This document shows, piece after piece, positions 1 through 12,019 of a stretch of DNA of 64,000 bases; position 1 is the first letter of the stretch; every line of letters starts with the position of its first letter. The notes beneath the pieces were generated by a model. It was not told the origin of the DNA. It saw only the letters and a list, made by a program, of their open reading frames with translations, and did no database searches. Location of the stretch: positions 89,726 to 153,725 of the forward strand of contig NW_005434629.1 in the NCBI RefSeq assembly GCF_000315625.1, read 5' to 3'. This stretch comes from Guillardia theta CCMP2712. Its lineage: Eukaryota > Protista > Cryptophyta. The position numbers were made by a program, and so were the translations under genes.

Positions 1-392
1 CGATTTGTGCCGGACTTTATCCTATCCTACAGGATCCCAAGGCTTCCGAAGTTCGATGGGAATCGGATTTCACAATCGATGTCTCATAACAAGACCAAAG
101 ATAAGGTGGCGTAGCTCATATCTGATCTACATTCCATTCATTCCTGAGTAAATATGTCTCCGTCGCGATCCTTGCCCTACCACTTCCTCCTCACTTCCCA
201 CTGCTCTCAACAAAGCAGCACTCAGTCCTTATATCTCCTCTCCTCATGCCTGTTGGCGTGAACGAGACTTCAACACTCACTTGCTACACTCTCAAGAAAA
301 CTCGCATCTTCAGCCTCCTCCACCATCTCACCTGATGTTCGCACTCCCGCATGGTTGCCAAACGAGAAGTCGGCGAGCGGTGGAGGCGGCAT
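1..392 (-). CDS. 5' part of a multi-exon hypothetical gene running off the window
   Basis: ATG at 392 (MPPPPLADFSFGNHAGVRTS) followed by GTGAG donors and short exons; divergent from the gene at 927; no recognisable domain. Confidence 0.3.
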
Positions 393-926
393 GGCAGGAC
401 GGGATGAGAGGGGATGAGGGTACTCCTTTGGCAACATAGAGCTCCCCTCAGAGTTTTAAGAACCCTGGGGTCTGCAGAGGGGTGGGGTCAGTTACGCGTG
501 TGGATGGTACAAAAGGATACGTTCAGGGTGGGGTAAAAGCAGGTCAAAAAGGGGGGTCATCGTTTTTCGAGGAGTTGGTGATTCTGGTAGTCAAAGGGGT
601 GGGGTAGGAATGGCCCGGGCGGGCCTTCTATTGGCCACTCAAGAGGATGGATTGGGAAGGGCAACGGGGGCGGGAAGATAATATTGCCTAAAGGTGTGAT
701 ATTTCTTAATTGACATAATAGGAAAAAATCCATATGATCTGACCTTTGTCTGACGTTACTCCTTTGTATTATTGCGCCGGGTACCCATCCTATACCCCAG
801 AACCTTCTTGCATTCACCTCTAAGATTAGTAGAAGACCTAAGAAAAAGGCCAGCTTCACCCCCTCCCTCAAAATTAAAGGGGCACAGCCTCCGTCTACCC
901 AGTCCTCTCTCGGCAGAAGCGTGACC

Positions 927-3350
927 ATGGCCCGGAAGGAAGAAGCCCCTGCGGCCCGGGCGGGAGGAGCCCCCGGCATGGAGGCGGAGGGGCTAGCAGA
1001 TCCCGCCATGGCAGAGCCAGCCGAAGATGCAGACGTCGTCCAAGACCCCAAGGCCTCACCCAGCGCAGAGACTAGCGCCAAGGAGCTGCCAGAGGGCGAG
1101 GGCAAGCCCAAGGCAAATGGCAGCGAGGCGACCGGCAGCTCCAAAGCCTCCAAGGATGGCGCGAATGACACCAAGAAGGAGGAGAGCTGTGCTACGGTGA
1201 GTTTGTCTCTTGTCTGAGATCCCTTGTCTCTCTTTGTCCGGCACGGGCCTGCCCTGACTCTGGCTGTATGCGAAGGACGAAACGAAGAAGAATGAGGAGG
1301 GAAGCAGCAGCAACCAGGCGCAGAGCGGAGGGACGAGCAAGAGCGTGCCTGAAGCCCAGCTGGACGATCAGCCTCGTGACGTGACATGCAAGTGCGGCAA
1401 TACGGGCCTTTACCTCAAAAGGAAGTACCATGACCTCCCGGCGATCGAGATCCTCGAATGCAAGGCCTGTCAGGAGACGGTCGCCGTCTGCGGAGCATGC
1501 GGGGCGAAGATGAGCTCCGAGGGGGGGCATCTGCGCAGGCATGTTCGCAAGCACATCAAGGAGTCCGAGGAGTACCGTGACCAGTCAGGAGATGCCAAGG
1601 AGAACATGGCGAGCCGACTTCGTGGGCACAAGGGAGCCAACGGAGACTCCCCAGCCCCGGCCAAGAAGCAGAAGGTGGAGGGGAAGGAGCAAGAGAGCAC
1701 AGGAGAGGGCACCCCGACCGCGTCGAAACCCTCCAGGAAGTCAACCTCCAGTACCCCTGGCAAGCCGAGGATCCGTGCTTGCTTCGACTGCTCCAAGGTG
1801 ATGGCGATGGGTGGGAGGAAGGTGAGGAGGTTGATGTGTGCGCAGATGAAGCTCAGGTGCGATGGAGAGCGCCCTTGCTCCTCGTGCATCAAGGTGCGAA
1901 GATGCTTCAACTGCAGTTTGACTTGTGTGCTCACCTGGGAAGCAGAGTGGGAAGGAATGTAAGGAGAAGCCCCCCAAGACGCCTGATGCCAACGCCAAGG
2001 TTGTCAGCAAGGTGCGGGGACTTGCTCTTCTGGTCTCCCTCGCTTGCTGATCTTCTACGGCAGTCCCCAGCCACTCCTGCCCCTCCGTCGGAGACCAAGA
2101 TGCACAGATCGAAGGCACTGCACGACAACGACGACTGGTGCAGAGTCTGCAAGCTCGGAGGTCTGTATGCTCGTGCCTGCCTCCCCTTCATGTGCGCGAG
2201 CTCACAATGAGGCAGGCGACCTGCTGCTGTGCGATGGAGCGAACTGCAGATGGTCCTTTCATTTAGGTTCTGCCCTTCTGTTGCTGGAAGCTACGGGTGA
2301 CGCGATTTTCAGACTGCCTCTATCCTCCTCTCAGCAAGCCCCCTTCCGGTGAGGTTTCAGCACCGCTGGTCTCCAATCTGACGGCCCTGCAGGAGAATTC
2401 CTCTGCCTCAACTGCCAGGACAAGAGGCTCAATGACAGCAGGCCGCCAGTCAAGGTCGCCCGCACCCTGAGCCCTTATCATGTGCGACGCTGAACATCTG
2501 CCAGGTCGTCAAGCCGAAAGCTCCGAAGGAGGTGCTTGCATGCCGCAGGCTGTCGGGAGACGTTTGTTGATCTCGAAATTCCTCAGGCTCAGACCTCGGG
2601 CGCTGACTCGCCCGTCCCACCTGTACCGCCAGCTATTCCCCAGTCGGACTCTCCCAACGATGTGAGAGTAGCTGGTGCGGGCATGGCAAGCAGGCTGACG
2701 GGTCTAGCAGATGATAGACCCGTCCAACATCGCTCTCAACCACGGGATCTTGAAGGACGATGCCACTGTCTGGTGTACGATCTGCAACAGGTGAGATGCA
2801 GTGAAGGCGCAACTGAGATGTCAACCGGGTTGCGCAGAGAGTTTCGTTCTGCCTGGGCATTTTCCCAGCACGTCCGCATATCGAGGAGGTCCCTACTTGC
2901 ACTTATCATGTTCCAGTCCCAACGATGTTGCAAACAGGCACGGTGGTGGGCGAGCAAAACGTGGAGAAGGGAAGAAATCCAAGAAGAAGTATGTCTTGAA
3001 TTGTTTGAATCTTTCCTCTGAGTTTGATGTCTCCCTCTCTCTTCCCCTCCCTGCTTGTCTCTTTTCCACCTCCTTTCTCGCTGTGCTTTCAGGCTGCTGC
3101 AACAGTCTGGATCAGGAAAGGATGTAAGCTGTCCTTGTTTCCCACGTTCCCCGCAGACCTGACGCCTGTCCAGGCCGACCAACTTGACGACGGTGAAGAA
3201 GACACCGAAGAAGAGCTGGAGGACAGCATCCTGAACGAGAGCACGAGTGCTGATCCGCCTGAGAAGGAGACTGGCGATGGCAAAGACACGGACGTCAAGG
3301 TAACCTGCTCCTGCTTCACCTCACCTACTCACAGCGACTCCCTTTACTAG
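927..3350 (+). CDS. Multi-exon chromatin/transcription protein with a Zn2Cys6 cluster, a PHD finger and an upstream Cys/His zinc-finger-like segment
   Basis: Spliced reading gives RACFDCSK|MKLRCDGERPCSSCIK|SGKEC (Zn2Cys6) and HDNDDWCRVCKLGG|DLLLCDGANCRWSFHL|DCLYPPL..|EFLCPQC (PHD). First intron donor GT at 1197. The 3' end is approximate. Confidence 0.75.
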
Positions 3351-3845
3351 ATGAAAGATGCTGGGGAAGTCGTTGCTGAGATCAATCCTCCTCCTCCTCC
3401 AGAGTGATTGGACAGATTTCTTCTTCCCTTCCCCCCCTCCCATCCTCCCCTGCGTGCACTTACTGCTTTCCGAGTGCATGCCATCATTCAAATTGATTTT
3501 TGAACTGAGCTCCCGCCGGTCGTGAGCCGCGTAAGACTTAAGTGACTGAACATTGAACCCCAGCAATAAACTGGGTTCTCAGACCCTCTCTCCTCCCTGA
3601 TTGCCTTCAGCTCGGGGCAGCGACCAACGTCCCCACAAGACTCTCAGTCCGATCAAAGTGACTGCCTAACTTTGAGTACTAAACTGAAAGGAGATCACCT
3701 ATCATAGTATCATCACGTCACTAGTAGTGCCACTCAGCCACGGTCGGACTGGCACTGACCGTCCGGGGGCCTGAAGCCTTTCCGAGCCCGCCGGGCATTT
3801 CAGTGACTGCTGGGCGGGCTCGATTGGAGGATCGTCGGGGAGACA

Positions 3846-6800
3846 TGGAGTGGTGGGCGACGAGGGGAGGAGGAAGAGGAGCGCAGGGAACGGCATTCAC
3901 AGGTGAAGCATGTGAACTTATGTGTCGATGCGTCGCTTTGTTTGTCTTGGATATGATAAGAATGTTGGGTCAAGGCAGAAGAGTTTGGTTTCCTCGAAAA
4001 CGTCTGATCACTTGATGAGACGGAAGATCTTTGAACAAGCAGTTTGTATTGCATCTTGATTTGATCAAGACAGTGTCTTAGAGAGGTCTCAAGTTAGTTC
4101 AAAAGTGTCATGAGTCTGATAGAAGTTGAAGGTTGCAGCTGACGAGACCATGTTACTAGGGGTAAGACTGAGATGCGACCGGAGGCTGATCCCGTCGTGG
4201 TGTGGATCCCAAAGGATAAGGCGGTACAGGACCATGGAGCACAGGATGAGTCTCAATCACCTGCCGCCTGTCGCAGAGATAGAATGGAATTCGCTGTCTT
4301 GTTTTCCCTCCGCTACAGAGCAGGGGGCGATGACAGCTTGCCTGAATGGCGACGTGGAGTATGCGGTACCTGAGCTTGTGCTGGGCGAGGAGGTCAGAAA
4401 CTCATTTGCTCTTTCTCTGCAGATTCTGTTCGTCTCTGGTCTTGCTGGGATACTTCTTGCTCCGAGCTTGCTCTCCGTGATGGAGAAGATCTCGAACTTT
4501 GTGATAGACAACGACGAGCTTGACTCGGTTTCTGTTTCCTCCATCACTCGCGTTGACCAGTTGAGAGTGAAGGAGCTAGAAGCTGGAGGGGTTGAGGGCA
4601 TTGGAAGGTCGAAACCTGGAGACGTCAATGAACATGAACATGCATGTCACCATGACACGATGAAAGTACTCTCGGAGTGGGGAGTGATAAGGAACAGCAA
4701 AGCAGTCAACCCTTACGACAGTGTCCTCCCCACTGAAAACCGTCTGCTCCTGCTGCTTCGTTGCAAGTCCCGTTGGACTCATGGGTTTGGACCGAGTGTC
4801 GCATCATGCTGGGACGATGACGGCGAGTCTTCCGGCATGACTTTGCCAGAGTTCGAGCTGAGGATGATCGTCGAGTCCTTTGGCAGCGACGGAGCTCGGG
4901 TGAAACTGGTGGGGATGAACGACAGAAGGGGAGTGGTGCTCTCCTTGTCCATGAGAGAGCAGCAGCGGGACGGATGGGACAGTCTGCTGAATGCACACCT
5001 GACATCGGCCCGCGAGAACGAGCTTGGCCTGCTCTGTCAGGCTGTGAGAAGGTGAGGACTTCTGCAGTCATGTGATTCGTTTAGCTGCGTGAAAACAGGT
5101 CGGTGCTCTCGCACTCTCTCATGTACAATATAGCTGGTGGAAGTGACATCATGCAAGGTTTGCTAGCAATGTGACGATCCAGGATCTGACGATATGATTC
5201 CTTCCAGTCTTGTCGTTGTCCCTTAGTGAAGAGGGATTCACAAACATCGTGAAGGACCGACCATGGTAGCAAATTTTCCGTAGCAAAGAAGCAACTGACA
5301 ATTTCCCAATCCTTCTCGTCCTTCTTCACCTTGGTCCTCGACTTCGCTTCTACCGTCTCTTCCATCTTCTCCTTCTCAATTCCCCCCATGATCGGCCGTT
5401 CGTTTTTCTCCCGTCCATACTCTCCCACATTCATACATGTCATTTCCCTTTCTCTTGTTTGCATTCCTCCTCCTTCTTGTCTTCCTCTTCCTCTTCTTCG
5501 TCCCTCTCCCTCCCTCCTCCTGCTCTGTCCTCCTGCAACGACAGGAGGTTGCGGGTAATGAGTCTGCAAGAGTCCCAAGTGAGTTTCTTTGCCTCGGGCA
5601 ACGTTCCTGACTGTTCCTAGGTGAGCAAGGAAAGAGTGGATACGAGAATTCGAGAGCTTCAGGCGAGGAGGATAGGGATTGGAAGAGGAAGAGGAAGAGG
5701 GAGGGGGAGGGGAGGGGAGCGGGGAGGAATTTCTCTGACCATGTTTCTAGCCGTTCTTGCGGAAGCTCAATGGGATCAGAAATGACAAGAGAGCTGAGGT
5801 GAGATGTATTGAAAGAGAGGCCGTTACTGATCTGGTGGCCACCAGACTTGTCTCTGTCTTGTCGAGGATGCTTTTGATGAACATCCTTCTCCTACCATGC
5901 TTGCTCTTGTCTTGCAGGTGATGAAACAAAACGAAGCAGAAGGAAGGGAGGAAGGAAGGAGGAAGGAGGAAGGGAGGCAGGCAGGCAGGGAAGGGGTGAG
6001 AGAGGGAGCGAGGACAGATGGCCCTATTACGAATGATTCTTTCATGGAAACCAGAGGGGTTCTGCTGTGGGCGATGAAGACCTTTACAACATTGCCGGGT
6101 CAAGGAGGAGGCCACGAGCTGTGAGAGTGAGAAACGTCGGCGGCAGCTGCTGACTGGGGTGAGCAGGGGATACTGAGAACTTTCTCCAACAACGAGAGAA
6201 AGTTCAAGACGGCAACTGCCATGGAGCCGGAGGTCGCGAGTGACGATGCGAGGGTGCGGGCATGACCTGCTATGAAAGATCTCCCTGCTCATGGCCAACG
6301 TGGCGAAAATCAGAGAAGATGCCATCGTCCTCGACCCTTTCTGCGGATCCTGTGATGACCCCCGATGACCCCCGATGGAGAGGGAAGCTGACCTGCTGCC
6401 GTCAGGCTCGCTGCTGCTTGCTGCTGGTATCATCCTCCGAGGGAGGGTGAGGTGGCTAGTTTCTAGTGCTTTCCAGCTGATGGTTGCAACCTTAGTGCCA
6501 GCTCTACGGTTACGATGCGGATGGAGAGATCATGGGGATGTTGGAGAAGATCAGCTCTGACTTTGTGAGGCAGAGACGGCAAGGCGATGTAGCTGATGGA
6601 CTTGTATCAGGCCCATCACAGCATAGCGCCTCCGACGATAAGAAGGGCTGGCATCGAAACCCTCGGGCAGGACTCAGACTTCCGGAGATTGAAGTTCAAT
6701 GCAATCATCACTGACCCTCCCTATGACATGAATGCTCAAATTCTTGAGAGTGAGGACAAGAGGAGCAGGAAAAAGAAGTGGAGGGAAGTGGAAGGGCAAG

Positions 6801-7315
6801 CAGACAGTGGTCAGCGAGTCCCGATGCTCATCAGATGTCTCTTGGACATCGCGCACCAACGGTTGACGAGGTTAGAGATGCAGTGATCCTGCCAGAGCTG
6901 ATGAAACGTGATCAGGCAGGGTACACTTGTTTTCTTCCTGCCGACAAGAGGTGCAGGGGTTGAGTGGACGATAGATGGTGATTTTCGATCTCAATCTCAC
7001 TCGCTGACGTGCTGCGAATCTAGACGATCATCCTCTTCCTGGCCTTCCTTGCGGCACCTGGGTTCCCTTGCGACCCCCAAGCTTCCTGTCACTGACATGC
7101 AAGTGCCCGCAGGATGAAGGGACGTGGCGCTATAAAAGTCTTCGAGTCGTTGCTTGCTTCCCGCAGACGTTTTCAGACACATTCAAGAGGTTGTTTCCTG
7201 TGAGGAGAACCTGTCATGATCGCAATGACTTTGTTTTGGAAGATGGCTCATAGTCATGGAGCGAGATTGAGATATCCCTCCGCTCGCTATCCCACCAGTG
7301 TGTCAATGTCGTTAA
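3846..7315 (+). CDS. Trm11-like tRNA m2G methyltransferase (multi-exon)
   Basis: Exons at 6167-6890 give RKFKTATAMEPE|ISLLMANVA..VLDPFCGS|GSLLLAA and FNAIITDPPY, typical Trm11/UPF0020 motifs. ORF 4126-5055 is probably the N-terminal part; both gene ends are uncertain. Confidence 0.7.
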
Positions 7316-7523
7316 TGAAACAGTGTATCATTCCCAACCACCACGCCTGGGGTGTGCTGTGGAACAAATGTCGAACCTCCCGAGCTCCATGGAGTCAAAG
7401 ATACCCTCACTTCCGTGAAGATGCTCCCCACTCCTTTGCTGCTACGACTCGTAGTAGTATGTAGGTAGCAACCAAGGGACAGATGAAGGAGGAAGAACAA
7501 GGGGAGAGGGGAGGGTTTACTCC

Positions 7524-8108
7524 ATGCTCCTCGATGCATTTGAGTGGGCGCTCAGCCACTGGCTCCTTGGCTTCAGATGTTCTCTCCTAACCTCCCTGTA
7601 CAAGATCCCTGGCTCTCCCTTCCTGGAGATCCCGAGCCTCACCGTCGATCCTGATCCCACCATGACACACGATAACGTCGAGCAAGCATTACCTTCTTCT
7701 CCCAGCAGAGCGCGAGCCAGCAGGCTCGGGATGTCACCGGAGAAGCTCATCTTACCGGACTGGGGCTACATGCTTCAAGGTTCGCAGCAGCAGGGACAAG
7801 ATTACATTGTTCATGAGCTCGCGCAGGTCGAGGTCGTCGACGAAGAGGATCGAGTCTCCTATCTGCACCTTACCGTCTCTCTCCGCTGGCCCGTCCTTTG
7901 CCAGGCAGATGACTACCGCTCCCTGACAACCCTCGCGTCAGCCTCTCCCTCTCCTGACTGCGCTCGAGAGCGTGTTGAAGGGATACCCGTCCTTCAGCCA
8001 GCATCTGCGAGTCGAGCCCCATCCCGATTCCGCACGGCGAGGAGAGAGGCCTTGACTCGTGCAGAGGACCTCTCTTCTTGTGTCTCGTCTCGCAGCAGCT
8101 CAGGTTGA
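7524..8108 (+). CDS. Hypothetical protein (possibly spliced)
   Basis: 194-aa ORF of plausible composition; no motif recognised. Confidence 0.3.
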   Translation: MLLDAFEWALSHWLLGFRCSLLTSLYKIPGSPFLEIPSLTVDPDPTMTHDNVEQALPSSPSRARASRLGMSPEKLILPDWGYMLQGSQQQGQDYIVHELAQVEVVDEEDRVSYLHLTVSLRWPVLCQADDYRSLTTLASASPSPDCARERVEGIPVLQPASASRAPSRFRTARREALTRAEDLSSCVSSRSSSG

Positions 8109-8539
8109 GCAAGGAGTCGCTGCTCTCAGGCGCATCATGGCTCTCGGCGGCACCCATTGGATACAACCTGCAAAAAAGCAGAAGCTAGTCATCTGCTGCT
8201 CCCATTGAAGCCCTTGCTCCTATGGGGAGGAAAGGAACCTTGCATGGAAAACTTTTGAAAGCACAAAATCTCCCTCCCTCCCTCCCCTCCTCCGTCTTTG
8301 TCATAGCATCATTCCTTCTACTGTGTCGTGTCTCTTAACTACCTGCTACCACTATTCCCTTGCAGTTTCGAGGCTCTGCCTGGCTTGCTCTTCCTCTCTT
8401 TCTGCAGGGCTCATACTCTCTCGTTCATCCGAAGTTAGCATGATGCCATGAAGCGCGGGGGAGCCTGCTATGCTGAGCGCGGCTTCAGTTTGAGTAAGGA
8501 CTGTATCAGCGCCTGATTGCGATGGCACTACCTTGGCGG

Positions 8540-8740
8540 TGACTACCGGCGGTGCGGCCCCGTCTGCCCGCGCCCCCCGGGCCCCCCCGGGCCCCCCCGG
8601 GCGCCGCACGGGCTGTGACGGGAGTCACTGAGTCACTGAGAGTCCGATGATCGGATCACCGGGTCTGGGAGTCCGAGCCGCCTGTACCGCCCGGCATTGC
8701 CCGGTGCCGCCAGAGAGAAAGCACCGCCCATTCTGGGGTC
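8540..8740. other. GC-rich non-coding island
   Basis: CCCCCCGGG tandem units and GAGTCACTGAGTCACTGAG; abuts an AT-rich tract at 8770-9300. Confidence 0.7.
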
Positions 8741-9422
8741 AAACCTCCGACTCGCACGTGCCTCACGTTTCTCGTGTGTTTTGTTGAATTTTTTAATTTT
8801 TTGTGATTTTCAGAGAGAGTTCTTGGTTCGGATTCACATGTTAGTGTGAAATGAACTGAGCAAAAAAAATATTTTCTTATCATTATATTCGGTCAACAGA
8901 AAACTGATTCATACATCTCGGAGTGTAATTAATAAATAACATTTCTTCATGACACATCGCGCATGTGTCCATCTGCTTAACTCTTATCAAGTTTTCTACA
9001 TACTCAACATCAATGAAATCTTGCATGATCTTGTCAATGCATTACTCACATAATTTCATACAAGATGAAAGTATCTCAACGCTCTATATATCGGATGTTT
9101 ATTCGAATAGCAGAGTCAAGTTTAAACATTTCTCACTACAGAGCCATCTAGCCAACACATCGCAGTCTTGACAACCCTCAAGTTTTTCATTTCCTCAGAG
9201 CTCACTAACCTGGCTGAAATCAAATATAAGAATCACCAGTTATCTGATGCTGAGTCTTGTGTAAAGGATTGACACTGTAAATGTTGAATGGCTGCTTTCA
9301 GTCATGGTGATCCAGGCCAATCCTTCTTGTGCTATGGCGCAACTTTGACAGTCTTTCATCCGATGACCAAACTCCTGCACTCCGCTGGTCTCGTCATTCC
9401 TTGACAATGGACTTCGCTGTCC

Positions 9423-11620
9423 TCACAAACATCCACATGGTCTCGGGTCAAGCCCGACCACGCACACTTCGCTCCCTTCCTCGCCGCCTCTCCATCCGTA
9501 TCTCGAAAGCGCGTCCTCGTCCTCCACCTTGCTTACCCTGAACCTCTCAACATTGTCCTTGGGGACGACAAAGACGATCTCAAGCTTCCACTGCTCCCAT
9601 CCTTCGATGCTCAAGGAATCCAGGCAGTCCGAGAAGTACCGCAGCTTCAGGTCATGAGCCTCTCTAGACGTCACCTGCACAAACCGCACTAACTTGGAGC
9701 TCCAGTCTACAATCACAGCATCATATCCTCCCTGGTTCCATGCCACGGGCTTCAGGCACACGCGCTCCTTGCTATTCTCCCCAGCCTCATAAACATCTGT
9801 TGGATCAAAAGACTCCACTTCGCACCTTGACCACTCAACATCTCCTCCTTGGATGGTGGTTAGCTTTAGCGGTCCTGGCATTTGCTTTATCCGAGCAAAG
9901 AACAGCATCTCGAACAACACTCCCCGTAGTACTGGGTTCTCAGCCATGTTGGTGAGCTCTTGTATTTTCCTTACGAAGGACTCTCCAAGCTTCTCCGCTA
10001 GCTCCGTGGCAGCAAACCTGCTGACAAGCCCCCAGTACACCTTCTTTCCAATACGGTGCTTCCCATGCAGTAGATTCACAAACCGTTTCGATTGCTCACC
10101 AGTAGAAAACTCCATCAGGCTCGGAAAATCGTCCACATCGCTCATCGCATCACGAAGGCTTTCGATCGCTTCCTCTGTCGTATATTCGAACATGAGCCGG
10201 CATGAGCCCCCGGCTACCCGATACTTGGACTCGACTTCTCTCGTCCTTCTCTCTTCTTCTGTCTCACGCCTTCTCGTTTGTTTTCTCTTGCCCAGACTCG
10301 TTCCCATAGCCTCAGCCACACTCATGTACAGCAAGTCGTACTTAGCGGCATCCTGGTACTCCTCCAGCGTCCAAGAGTAAACCTTCATCTCTTTCACCTT
10401 TTCTATTCTATCTTGCTCGTCGCTCTTCTTTCCTCGAGAAATCATCGATGTAGTGACGGCAAGTCGCCGATTCTCCCTGTCAAAGTTGCGCCATAGCAGG
10501 CAAATGCTCAACACAACATCATATTCATGCACCCCCTACACGTAGCCGTCCAACGAAACAAGATACTTCCGTCGCTTGTCAGTCCATCCCTGAAGAATCT
10601 TCTTCACCCCGCTGGCCACCTCGTCCGAAGACAAGTCGCATCTCCTTTGTTGCCCATCGACCACTTGTATACAACTGACGATCCCCAACTTCCACAGCCG
10701 CACGAACATCACACACCACCCTTCCTCAATGCTTTTTGATAGTATGAAACATATCGTCGTCGTTGTCTTCCCCGTCCCTGGAGGACCCAAGATCCAACCC
10801 ATATATCCTTCCTTGCAAACTTTCTCCTCCAGGAAATCCATCTGCTCATTGAAGCCATCCCTGCAGTAAAGCACCACCTTCCCTGCTGTCCCAGGGTTCC
10901 AGTTCATGATCGATCGATCGACACTAAAGAGTTTGCGATTCTCCTCATAGCCCAGCTCACTAGCATCCAACGGTGTCTCCATCCACTGAATCCCGTGGTT
11001 AATCTCTTCCTTCGTTAGCCGATCTTGCTTTTCCTTTCGCAGGTCCTGCTTTTCCTTTCGCAGGTCCTGCTTTTCCTTTCGCAGGTCCTGCTTTTCCTTT
11101 CGCAGGTCCTGCTTTTCCTTTCGCAGGTCTTCTTCTTTCTTTCGCAGGTCCTCTTCTTTCTTTCGCAAGTACTTCTCTTTCTCCTCGACATCCCTCAATA
11201 TATCCTCCCAGTACCTCTGGCCCGCCCCCTTGTCAAGAAGCTGTATCCTTATGCCAGCCTTCTTCGTCTCCAAGACCTTGAGCTCCTTGGCGATTCCCCG
11301 TGCTTCCTCTTCTTCCTCATCTATCTTCTTCGTAACATTCTCCAATTTTCTCTCGACCTTGGCTTGTTCTTGTCGTAGTCTTGCCTCCGCGATATCCTCC
11401 TCAACGTCCTCCAGGTCCATGTTTGCATGCGGCACCCCTCCCCCTCCTCGAATCACCGCGGGAATCATGTGCTGAGCGCATCCGCGCGGGAAATGCTGTC
11501 CAAGAAGTGCACATGCACATGTGGTCAGAAGCACTAGTCCTGCAATACTTGAAACATTGAATCAACAAGACCTAACGTCCGGAACAAACCTGCTGCAATC
11601 CTCAGGAGACCCGATGTCAT
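9423..11620 (-). pseudogene. Crinkler (CRN)-type effector: signal peptide, coiled coil, P-loop NTPase, PD-(D/E)xK REase-fold nuclease; interrupted by one in-frame TAG (pseudogene or recoded gene)
   Basis: Exon 1 (11620-11590), a 50-nt GT-AG intron and exon 2 give MTSGLLRIAAGLVLLTTCACA. Walker A GPPGTGKT, Walker B YLVSLDGY, C-terminal KPVAWNQGGYDAV..VRFVQVT..HDLKL. ORFs 10536-11534 and 9423-10532 share a frame and are separated only by TAG at 10538-10536. Confidence 0.8.
11024..11168 (-). repeat. 21-bp coding tandem repeat (KEKQDLR/KKEEDLR heptads, coiled coil)
   Basis: CTGCTTTTCCTTTCGCAGGTC repeated about 4 times plus degenerate copies. Confidence 0.9.
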
Positions 11621-12019
11621 GCTGCAATCAACCGGATGTCCTGACCTGACCGTGTGATCAAACAAAAACAAAGATCACGATGAAGTGACGGGGAAAGATA
11701 GAGAGGAGAGGCCGAGCAAGAACAGAGGGCAGAGCGCGGAATACGACCGAGGAAAGGGAATGGAGAAATACAAGAAGTAAAGTAGAGCTATGCGATCTAG
11801 GTAGGATTCAACACATTTGTTTTCTGTCAGGTTTATAGTTCAAACTATGAATCTAGTACTAGGGGTTTGGGGGGGTGAAGGCGTGTAGAATTAAAACATT
11901 TTAGAAGGTACCAGGAAACGATACTGAGCTACAAAAACATCCCAAATCACTGAGTCACTATTCACGGGTTTCAAATATGGTTTTGAATTTCAACAGTACA
12001 AAATCTCAACTTGCGCGAA

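Noticed and set aside
11024-11168. 21-bp repeats as a CRISPR-like array
   Set aside because: No spacers; it is an in-frame coding heptad repeat.
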